Assembly: GCA_018398765.1 (NCBI GenBank)
Contig: JAHBMJ010000082.1
Span: 1 to 57,570 of the forward strand
From: Chromera velia
Lineage: Eukaryota
Direction of reading: 5' to 3'
Length of the DNA stretch: 57,570 nt
Under the pieces are notes generated by a model. It saw nothing but the letters and a program-made list of their open reading frames with translations, was not told the DNA's origin and searched no databases. Shown here piece after piece: positions 25,888 to 37,161 of the stretch (its first letter is position 1; each line of letters starts with the position of its first letter). A program made the position numbers and the translations under genes.

Positions 25888-26551
25888 CTTTGAAGGGCAA
25901 ATTGACACAAAACAGGCACGTGTGAAGTCGGGGGTCCGGAGCGCACACCGACCAGATATCTACACAAAAGTCAACTGTTGTTCGCTCTTTGTGGACATGC
26001 CAGCAAACATCCTACCGAACAGAATTATGATGGGATGAAAAGAAGGAGGCCAGTTTTCAATTTCTCTGCATGAAGACAGATCGAAACCCAGCTAACAACA
26101 CTCCATGGACACGAATATATATACCTGTTTGGGTGACCGAAGCAAATGTCGAAGCATGAGTCAGTCTGATGCAGGATACCCTTCGCAAGCTCAGTGGGTA
26201 TGCCGGGGCCCTGACGAAATTAACGCCGGCAATCCATGCCAATCATCGCGCGCGATTATATCGCGCGCGATAATCGCGCGAGGACGCGGACGGAAGTAAG
26301 AGTGTTGTTCACTGCAAACAGAATAACTTTGAGTTTTCTCTCGTCACTCAATGCATGGGTTCTCATTAATTGCGCTACATTGCGCGAAGGATCGACATGA
26401 TTGCATCGTCCAGCCCAACTGTGACATGATGTAACATGATGAATGCCTGGTTGCAAATTGTAGAGTCTAATTAACAGTCACGACTGTACTCGGGAAATGA
26501 TTTTCAGAAGGTTGTTTTTCAATTCATTTGCAACGTTTAGATAATTCTGCT

Positions 26552-27466
26552 CATGCTGTCTAAACCTTCAGAATGACTGCCTGCGCTGACCCTAGGCGGC
26601 CCTGACGGGCCACCTGGGGTCTTATGTATAACCTTCCCCAGGCGGTCCGTAAGGACCGCCTGCAGCACCCCAGGCAGTCAGGGGGTCTTTCCACATTCTC
26701 TGTATAGTATGAAAAACGTTGAAAAAAGTTTAAAAATGCTTTTATTCTAGGATTTGGTATCTGAACATAACTTTAAAAATTCATTTACAATGCTTCAAAT
26801 TGAATCAATAAATCAAAAATTTTATATAATTCTAGATATTATTTTATAGAAAAGAATTAAATCAAATTTTCTGAATAATTTTTCAAAGTAAATTTCCACT
26901 CTACGATAAGTTTATAAACAATGCAAAGTTGCATATGTCACTTTTTGTTTACTTGAATTAGCACCTCCCAGACAAGCTTGAAATCTTCTGCTTCATTATG
27001 GTGGTGAGGGACATAGGCATCGATTGCCTGTCAAAATGTTCTGCGGCGGTTCTCTTCAGCTACGGCCTGTTCTCTTCAGTGAGAAGAAACAAAAGTTGAA
27101 AACAACCGTCAACTTAATGTGTATCCACTGGTATCTATCGCTGATCGCGACCGCCGAACAAAAAGTTGCTGCCAGTCTGCATGACCCAGTCTGACCTTTG
27201 ATGCACGGCATGCACGTATAGATCGCGAGGTTGCGTTGGCGCGTCCCTCGTGCAAACCCGGTCGGGCATGTGCACCGTGGTTCGTGATGACCAGGTCGGT
27301 GCCGAAGGTACCGACCTTCACCCCAGGCAACTTTCAACAACTGCCTGGGGTGAAGCTCTATATAAACTTAGGCAAAACCACCTGGAGTCGCCCTAGGCGG
27401 CCCTGGCGGGCCGCCTGCAGCGTGCCTGGGGTACCCCAGGCGCCCCAGGCAGGTTTAGACAGTATG
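26552..27466. mobile_element. Non-autonomous hAT-like DNA transposon (915 bp)
   Basis: TIRs CATGCTGTCTAAACCT (26552-26567) / AGGTTTAGACAGTATG (27451-27466), 15/16 match. Exact 8-bp TSD ATTCTGCT (26544-26551 and 27467-27474). Subterminal CCCCAGGC/GCCTGGGG repeats at both ends; no transposase ORF. Confidence 0.9.
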
Positions 27467-29654
27467 ATTCTGCTGTCTCCGCATGTAAGCTCTGTGTATG
27501 TTCAATCGGTCCCATATCTCAGCTTATGATCCTTGGCCTCTCTTGCTTTCCTGAAACTTTAGTTCAAACCGATGGTTCACTGTCTCTACGGGGAATGCCC
27601 ACATTAATTGAAGATACTTCAAAGAGGGAAATTATAAGAAAAAGCGTGGCATAAAATTCTGAAGGCGCGTTTAACTTACGCTGATCAAGACTTTCTCCGC
27701 ATGTGCATTCGTGTCAATAAAAGAAGTATAGAGAAGGTTTTTGATGCAATCTTTACTTGCGAGTATCCCATGCACTTTACTTCTTATATGTGACCCGGCA
27801 TGCCATTGCGTAGAGGAAAGATGCGCAATGCTGGCTTCGCATGATAGTGGAGATGGGAGGGATATGAGGGTCCTTAAGATATTTTCTCAATCATCTCTTG
27901 TGCATTCATGGGCTTGCAACTGATGCTACATCGATCCGGTCCATCAAGTCAGCAGAAGAGCGGGTTAGTAGATACGCCGTTATATATATACCTACACCTA
28001 GATCTGCATGCACTCAAAGGGAATCGGAGTTTTTCAACTTGTCGGCCGGTCTGTCGCCTCGACCTATCCAGGTACTCTGTGATCCGCATCTGTGTGCATT
28101 CATTAGGATTTTTAGGGTATGCCGTGTGAAAAGGAAAAGCGATCCGCTTGATACACTTTTTTTTAGATACAAATACTTTGGCTTTAAACCAGGCATAGAT
28201 AGATAAGTTCATGTAGGGCTTCTATCATCTTTGGAACCTGTATGTGTGATGGGATTTAGAGACAGAAGGGATCAGAAAGGCTGTTTTTTTTTTCTTACCT
28301 CTTTGTAATGCTCCCTGTTTCAAGCCGTGCTCTTTTTCTTCAAATGAGGACAAGGTCATGCCTTTTGTTAGCGCATAGTGACTTCCTACGTCCAATAATG
28401 CCTTTTCTAGATATCTGCCTTCTTTTTTTCTGCCCTGTATCTGTACGCAGATTCGTCTACGCGATTGCACTTTTCTTTGGGGTTGACTGTGATTGAGATA
28501 CATTCCGGAGCAGCTGCGAGATCGTGCCGAAGGTTCTCTATACCCCTTTTGTTGTCCTCTCCTCTATTCTATCACGGATCCGGTTCATTCCTCCCCACTT
28601 TGAAGGATAACCCGTACGTACGTTAATCAGTCTTTAATTCCCTACGGTGGTCAGGAATTAAAAGAATAGAGAAAAAGATAAAGTGAACACGGCACGTAAA
28701 CTAGAATGCAGATTCATGGAAAGAGAAAATAGAAACGGAATTTATACTTTTTATATGTTCTGTGCGCTGCATAGTCTCCACAGTTCTTTTTTTCATTCTG
28801 TTAGTCAGTCAGTCAATTGATCGACCCTTTTGGTTGGAACCATTTCAGCCTACTTCTTTCTTGACTCCTTTCATTGATTCACATTACTTGTCCGCATGCA
28901 AGTATTCAACCTTGTAGGCTTCATTTTTATCGTAAAATACGCAAGTATTGTGAAAGGGAGAGCGACCATGCAGCCCGTCTAATTTTCTGAGCAATGCTGT
29001 CGATCGACTGGTTTGCTGTTACGGTGTTCGAAACAGCACAGCCTGGAGACCGTTTCTTGAGGGCATTCGGTTAATGTTGGTTCATTCTAGAATCAATCTT
29101 GGTATATCGATCGATGTGACCGAGCCTAAGGCTTCAGTGCCCTTCGACAGTGTCTTAAGACCTAAAGTAACGTATTTCAGAATCTTCAAAGATTCCGAAA
29201 ACACTCTACTCCGGCTGAAGTGCCCCCTCCAAGACTGGTTTGCAGTACGTGTTGTTTTTTGTTGAGACCGCACTGGGGACCGTGTCCTGGTTTATTACTT
29301 TCTGCGAAGCCCGTTTTTATGGGGGTTGCTGGTATGGCTCTAGGGTGTGGCTCGTACTGCTGCTTTGACTGCGTCGATGTATTCAGCACCACAACAGCCT
29401 GCAGACTGTTTTAGGCCATTGGCTGGGGTGCGTGGGTATCGATCTTCGGATTGTTCAACGCCTCCCAGCCAGCTGTCTACCTGAAAGGAAAACGTGTTTT
29501 TTGCCTTCTTGCACTGGTACCAGTGATTTATCATGATTGTTGTGTGCCACTTCAGAAGAGGGACTCCTGCATAATCATTGTATGATCGAGGCCTGACTGG
29601 AACTTCCTCTGGAACTTAAGACTGGAAGGAGATATCATTGATAAGTAAGCGTTT

Positions 29655-29769
29655 CTTTCTCTTTCCCTCTCTCTCTTTCTGTCTCTCTTTCTGTCTCTCT
29701 TTCTCTTTCTCTCTCTCTTTCTTTCTGTTTCTCTCTCTCTCTTCCTCTCTCTCTTCCTCTCTCTTTACC

Positions 29770-29816
<47 letters not shown>

Positions 29817-29835
29817 ATGCATCATATGATGTGAC

Positions 29836-29876
<41 letters not shown>

Positions 29877-29890
29877 CTGTGTGTGTGTGT
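29655..29890. repeat. (CT)n and (GT)n microsatellites
   Basis: Direct reading. Confidence 0.9.
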
Positions 29891-30599
29891 GTACGTGTAC
29901 GTTTATAAAAAGAAGAGGAGATGGAAAAAGAATGCATTGTTCCGGCATTACCCGCAGGCTCGCTTGGCTTTCAGGTGAGTCGGACTGTTCAGACCTCAGA
30001 AGGTGACTAACATTATTAGTGAAAGAATAGTAAAGGCTAATTTTAATTAATTGATGCTTTTCTGACTCTTAAATTCTAAGCCTTTTCTTCATGTAGGGGC
30101 GACTAGGGCTATAAAATCAATTCGTCTATACTATATCATTTTGAGTATTTTTCAGCCACTGACAGCCAAATGCTGTTCTTAACTGTTCAGTTGCAACTTC
30201 AGCATGCAGCTAGACAGTGTTATGGTAGTACTAAACACGCGGTTTGATAAATGTACATCGAGGACAGTCCATCGTCCATTCGTTAGTCCATTCGATCATT
30301 GAAAATTTGCTAGACATGCAATTTAACACATGCATCCACGCGTACCATTGTGTAAAGTCCTATCGCTAGTATCGCGTCCACACTCCGGATTCTGGAGAAT
30401 CTGCTTCGAAGCATTTTGGGCGATTGATTGTTTTCGCAGAAGCTTTCTTGAAGTTTCTTCGCGTTTCTTGCACCGCCTAGCGCACCGGCAGAGCCCCCTC
30501 CGCTGATCCTTCTGCCTAGCCCTCTGGCTGCCCCCCCCTCCGGTGGACACTCTAGCTGGACAGCCGACTGGTGTCTTTCCATCCCGTCCCCCACCCACT

Positions 30600-30832
30600 T
30601 CCCCCCCCTCCCTCCCTCCACGCATGCAAATCGATGGCATCCAATCGGGGTCCTCAAATTTTGTGCTCTAGGAGCGCCGGAATTTCAGGACCATCTCGCA
30701 GTGGAACGTGTGGGGGAACATGTCCACGGCCGCACCTCTGCAGCCATCCATCATTCAGACAGGCTCTCACCCGAAAGAAGAGCACACACACCAAAGCACA
30801 CCCACCCATTTGCCCAAAGACCCAAGGGACGA
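30600..30832 (-). repeat. Duplicate of the TRMT2A last-intron end and terminal exon (source 34346-34579)
   Basis: About 233-bp near-identical direct repeat with the CAG acceptor intact (30739-30738); encodes RGAAVDMFPHTFHCEMVLKFRRS then TAG (30670-30668). Confidence 0.9.
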
Positions 30833-30863
30833 TTATTCCGGCAGGCTTGGATGTCAACCAATA

Positions 30864-30904
<41 letters not shown>

Positions 30905-30909
30905 CTCTA

Positions 30910-30956
<47 letters not shown>

Positions 30957-31164
30957 GAAGACCACATAACTTTTTTTTTTTCGTTCTTTTTTCTTTCCAC
31001 ACAGACAGAGTGACAGAGAGCCAGAGAGAGAAGGCATCGTCAAGAAGAATTCTCACTCTTTTCCCCCTCCTCTCTCTCTCACGCCAATTGTATGGCATAG
31101 CTTCCCTGCTCGCAGGCCTTTCTGAAGCGATGCACATCAATTCGCACACCGCCAGGGGCGTGAA

Positions 31165-31334
31165 AAGAAACAGAAAGAAAAAGAACGAACGAACGAACGA
31201 ACGAAAGAAAGAAAGACAGAAAGACAGAAGGAAAGAAGAAAGAAAAAAAGAAAGAAAGAAAGAAACAAAGAAACGAAGAAAGAAAGAAAGAAAGAAAGAA
31301 ACAAGAAAAGAAAGAAGGAAAGAAAGAAAGAAAC

Positions 31335-31375
<41 letters not shown>

Positions 31376-31410
31376 GAGAGAGAAAGAAAGAAAGAAAGAA
31401 AGAAAGAAGG
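31165..31410. repeat. (AAAG)n-type microsatellite
   Basis: Direct reading. Confidence 0.9.
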
Positions 31411-31519
31411 TGCGGAACGGATTACAGACCAATCAACACTCATTCCAGAGTCTCAGAACCTTCACGGTCCAGACACACCTATATGCTCCCAACTTACCTG
31501 AAGTAAATTCGTTCCGCCT

Positions 31520-33333
31520 TCATGCGCTGCCACCGTCCTTGTCCCCCGCGAAGATCTTTCGGCTTCTCAGGGCCGCGAGACGGACAGTGAGCTCCAAAGC
31601 GCCCCCATCTGTCTCTTCCGCTGCATCAAGAAGCAACTCCGAATCGCAAAAGTTGGACCACCCAAATCCCGTCATCGGATTCCCTTCCCAGTCATGATAG
31701 TGAGACGGATCTCCCTCGCTGACGGGAACAAGTTCCGTTTCGACCGTCACCATGAAGCCCAGCTGTCCGCGGAAGTCGTTCTCCGTGTAGAGCCACATGC
31801 TCGCTTGAGGTTCCTCTGGATCGGAGTCATCATCTCCTTTGGGGAATACACGAAGGAAGAAGCGTCCCCCCTGCACCGGAACGCACCAGCAAAGAAACAA
31901 TTCACGGAACAGGCGATGAATTTCGGCTCCGTTCAATTTATAGAAAAGAATCAGAAAGAGACATGCTCTAAATACACTAAGAGAAAACCCAGAGAAACTG
32001 CAGGTCGAGAAAAAAACGCATAAATAAGAAGCCTTGGAGAGCCACCCACCCTGAGGGAGCAGAAGAGCAAGAAATCCGAAAATCCTATGACGGACTGACC
32101 TGAAAAGAGAAGGTGGCACTCTCAAGAAATACACCCCTTTCTATGTTTGCAGACCGCGACTCGAAGTCCCGGAGCCGCACTGTCACAGTGGCCGTGTCTG
32201 AAAAGAAGAAGAAGAAGAAGAAGAAGAAGCGAAAACACAGAGCAAAATGAGGAACATATTTAAAGCCAAAGTCAAGACACGTCCATCTGATTCAATCAGT
32301 GCATAACCCCAAACCACACGAATGCCCCAAATATCGGCCAACCACACGCTGCTGAGCGACACATATCCAGTCAATCCGCCTGAGACAAGGGAGCGCCTAC
32401 GCAGTGGGGGTTCATTTTCAGATCGATCAATCAGATCCATGAATTCAAAGTCATGACATTGAATCTTGCACACCCTCGGGCCTTGGACTGGCCGGGACAT
32501 ATGACGTACACCCGTCTCGACTTGTCTTTCCATAGGCGACCAAACTGACCTTCGCTGCTTTCCTTCTGCAGTTCCTTCACTTGGCGATCCAGTTGACGCA
32601 CGCTTTGCTGCAGGTTGGCATTCTCAGCAGCCAGCAGCCTCACATGTTTCTTGGCTGCCTCCTCCTCATGCTCCCCCATCTCCTTTCTTTTCCTCGTCTC
32701 TCCGCAGCCGTGGACAGAGCACCGCACAGACCCCTCAGCACACTCAGCGTTGAGATGATGAGAAAGTTCCCCCCGGGGGGGTTTCTCTCCGCACCCGTTT
32801 GGACAGTCGACAGGAAAACTCTTGCAGACCTTCAAGTGATTATCAGTCGCAAAAAATGCCACCGATTTCTCACAGTGCGCACAGGGAATGAGGCGAAAGT
32901 TGCACGTCTTTTTGTGCTCCACCAAAAGAGCACGACGGTTCTTCTCTGTGCACCCCTTGAAAGGACACTCCGTCTCTTGCTCCGGACATTCCTCATCCAG
33001 GTGCCTCTGCAACTCCGTCTTTGTCCCTGTGAACGCACACCCGCTCTCGAAGTTCAAACACTTCCACTTGGAAACCGCAACCAGGTTACGAATCATCGTG
33101 TTCGCAACTGTGAGCTTGGAAATGTGCCCTCTGCATGAAGGGCAGGGCTGGCGTCTGTCCAGACACTCCTGCACACAGGGGCGGCAGAAGACGTGCCGCG
33201 CAGGACAATCCGTCTCCACCGCATCCTCAATGAAGTCGTGGCAGATGGCACACAGAGCGTTGAGCGCCATCTCTTTGAACCCGTCTGCAGCGAAGGAGGC
33301 ATCCAGGCCCAGACGCTTGATGGGGGCTGCCAT
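31520..33333 (-). CDS. TRAF-like E3 ligase: RING + TRAF zinc fingers + coiled coil + MATH-like domain (3 exons)
   Basis: Exon 33333-32550: C3HC4 RING (CAIC...CPARHVFCRPC...CPSC), several TRAF-type fingers (HLDEECP, CPNGCG, HLNAEC), coiled coil. Exon ~32198-32100: DTATVTVRLRDFES...SATFSFQ. Exon ~31871-31520: GGRFFLRVFPKG...GFGWSNF, MATH-like. Confidence 0.9.
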
Positions 33334-34224
33334 TTCGCCAGAGACGGAGACGGTTGACAGATTTGTTACACGAAGTCAGTCGTACGCTGTTTGTTTACAG
33401 ACACAAGAGTTAAAACAAGTGCTGTAACATTGAGGAGCTAAATGTCGCGCATAACACATACCGCGGCCACGGAAAGTCGATCACAAGCTGTTGACAGGGG
33501 AACAGATAGATCAAAAGGCGTCCGTGGTCCGACATTGAAGTTCTAGACAGGATGTAGACGGGGCAATCGCCTATAGCTGCATGACCACCGCGGAGGGCCG
33601 GGGCCGGCCGCAGGTGCAGAGACCATCATGCACGGCAGAGACGGCATATAGAGACGGCTGTGTGACTGAGCGCATGACTCAACTTATAAGACGACACTGC
33701 CAATCTCTGTGTCGATCACTTTGAATATCTATTCATAGAACGTGAAAGAGCCCTTCTCTAGAAGTGTTTCTGAGTCAGAGAGTCGTGGGTACCAATCTGA
33801 ATTTCGCTGTGCATCTGACATGAATCATACGATCGTAATTTCACTTTGCATCTGACATGATCATGTGCATAATCGTGTATAATCGTGTGATAGAATGCAC
33901 AGCGAACATTAATTTTTGATCGCATCTGAAACCCACACTTCGTTTTTTTTGTTTCTTTGTCCAGTCTCTTTTTGATGCACTCTCAATAATTCAGAAAACA
34001 CACTGAACGCTTTGACAATCGATCACAAAAAAATTTCTAGAATTTGAATAATGATTTAAATCCAAACACAAACACTGTAGATCTAGCTATGGGTTTACAA
34101 CCATTTTACAACTTTTATTTGTGCTACTGCTTAAGCTTAAAACACGGTTATGTGAAAGAAAAGGCGATCGCAATCTTACGGTTTCATGTAACTCACACTA
34201 TACACGTGAGACTACCGGGGAAAA

Positions 34225-35120
34225 CTATTCACTCATCACGATATCCCCACCATGTGATTCACGTTCTCCCGGAACTGCTTGGCTTTCTTGCCGCCCTCCC
34301 TCTTCGCCTCCCACCCCACCTTCCCGTGGAGAGCCTTCTCCGTCCTCCCCCCCCTCCCTCCCTCCACGCATGCATATCGATGGCATCCAATCGGGGTCCT
34401 CAAATTTTGTGCTCTTGGAGCGCCGGAACTTCAGGACCATCTCGCAGTGGAACGTGTGGGGGAACATGTCCACGGCCACCCCTCTGCATCCATCCATCAT
34501 TCAGACAGGCTCTCACCCGAAAGAAGAGCACACACACAAAAACACACCCACCCATTTGCCCAAAAGACCCAAGGGACGAAGGGACTCGAACGAAGAACTT
34601 TAGACAAGAGCACAGAAAAGGATCAAGAGAATAAGAGGATCGAGAAACCAAGAAAAAACCACACCAGAAGAAGAATCGAAACAGCATAAATACACACACA
34701 CACACACACATACACATAAAGACCCACCCCTACCCACAGACAGACCTACCCACCTCACAGGCACGAATGGGTTTTCCTCAGGGTCCGAGCTTATGGGTTT
34801 GCACAGCGCGACGGCGTTATCGGCCAGAGAGGCGGGGTTGCAGGAGACGTACACGAGAGAATCGATCCACGCGCTCTCGAGGAGGGCGGAGAGAACGGTG
34901 CTGTGGAGGCCTGCAGGATGCATGATTGAGTGAAGAAAGAATTTAAGAGAGCCATCAGGAGAAAGAAGGAAGGAACGAAGGAAAGAAAGAAAGAAACAAA
35001 GAAAGAAAGAAAGAAAGAAAGAAAGAAACAAACAAAAGAAAGAAAGAAAGAAAGTAAGAAAGAAACAAAGAAAGAAAGAAAGAAAGAAAGAAAGAAACAA
35101 ACAAAAGAAAGAAAGAAAGC

Positions 35121-35151
<31 letters not shown>

Positions 35152-37117
35152 TAAGAAAGAAACAAACAAAGAAAGAAAGAAACAAACAAACAAAAGAAAG
35201 AAACAAGGAAACAAAGAAACAAACAAAAGAAAGAAAGAAAGAAAGAAAGGGACAACAGAGGAGGGACACACACACATTGGAACGAAAGAAGGACGGAACG
35301 AAAGAAACGGCGGAACAAAGAAAAACAAAAAAATGGCCAAAAATAAAAGACAAGAAGAAAAAAGAGAAGAAAAGAAAGGGAGAAAAGATAACTGCAACCC
35401 TCTCCCGTTGGCCTCTTGACGCACGCACGCATGCACTTGAAGACCCAAAAAAAAACGAGAAGAAGGGAACAGCCAAGCAGTGCAGGTAGACAGTCCCAAG
35501 AATGGACAAAGAGAGACAGCCACAAAGACGCACAACATCCCACGGTGACACACACAGACAGGAACATACAGTCAGTGACAAGGCAATCAATCAATCAACA
35601 CAAACAAAGGCCCACCTCTACTCTACACCCACCAATCCAGAACAGGCACACGAACCAGCAAAACAAAAAAAAAGTAAAAACAGACACACAAACCAACTCA
35701 CCAGACCGAGGAGGGTCCAGAATCGCACACACTTCCAGGGGGGCCTTCCCTTTGCCCTTTCCTTTCTCCCTCGCTGCTCTCTCTGTCTCCCTGAGTGACT
35801 CCACCTTTTTGCAAATCTCGGGGAGCAACACCTCCGCACGCCCCGCCTGGAAACACGCAACGACCCTGGTTGCTCCTCCACTTCCACTCCCGCCTGAAGA
35901 TGCTGCAGCCGCATCACCAGAGGCAGAAGCAGACGAAGAAGCAGATGAGGAAGACACGCTCACCACCCCTCCCCCCCTCAAGGCTTCAGACTCCAACAAC
36001 CCCAGCACGTCGTCTGAGCACTCCACCCCGTTGGCGGCTGCGTTCTCCTTTGCACTCTGCACACAGCGAGAGAGAACAGGGGAGAGAGACACGAAGGCAG
36101 TGAGACTCGAGCACTACGGAAAGACTTGAGTCGTTGACGTCAACAGAGAAGGGAGAGGGGAAGAATAGAAAACCAAAATATCCAAGAACAAAAGAAAGTA
36201 AGAAGGATGCAGCCTCCCCCCCCAACTGACTGACTTCTATAGCAGATTCCACAATGTCCACTCCCAGAACGAACAGCTCAGAAAGAGATGAGCGAACAGA
36301 CTTCATAGACGAAGGACCCCTCACACCCCCTTCCCCTTCCCCTTCCATCTTCAGATCCCCAGCGGCCCCCCACTCGATCTCCCCTCCTGCTGCACAGAGA
36401 CCGATCGTGCCTGTGCCACAACAGATGTCCAGAAGGAGCTGCACGCACAGCACATGTGGAAAGAGAAAGAACAAAACAGAAAAATGAGGAAACTGCAGAG
36501 TTCTCTCTTTCTTTCTCGTTCCAAATAATCGTCTGTCTTCCGCCTCCATTCACTTCAGCACCTCACGGAAGCCTTCCATACTCATTCCCTCCCTCCCTCT
36601 CTCTCCTCCCTCTTTCACTTACTCACCATTCTCCTCTTCGTCTCCACCCCTTCTCCCTCTCCCGTCTCTTCCTCCTCCTTCTCTGCCTCCGCCCTCTCAC
36701 TGAGAAGAAGTCCCAACGCCTTCCCGTAGAGCGTCTCCGCAGCCGCTGTGTTCGTCTGGAAGAAAGCGAGGGGCGCGATCTGCAGGGGAGGCATGCAGAG
36801 AGAAGTGAAGAAGAAAAAGGGTCTCCGCATCAACCTACGAGGAAATCTGGAGGGAGGCCCACAAACAGAATGAACCCATCAACAGATTCATTTATTCTGC
36901 ATTCTGCACAGAGAGCAAGTCTTGGAGACCGGAGAGGGGGCCTCCGGGGCTTCGGTCACGCATCCTTTCCTCAACATGAGGGGGGGGGGGGAAATCAGAT
37001 TCGCTTTGCTGTTTCCTTGTCCCAGTCTCCTGGTCTAAATCTGCTGTCGGAGTTCTATGGAAAGTACAGACAGACAGACAGACTGACAGACAGAGACAGA
37101 CAGACAGACAGACAGAC

Positions 37118-37161
<44 letters not shown>

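Noticed and set aside
27500..29600. Possible decayed transposase or gene
   Set aside because: Only short broken ORFs with no motif I can identify; needs tBLASTx.
33803..33906. 12-bp inverted repeat TTCGCTGTGCAT/ATGCACAGCGAA as a mini-MITE
   Set aside because: Short, with no target-site duplication evident.
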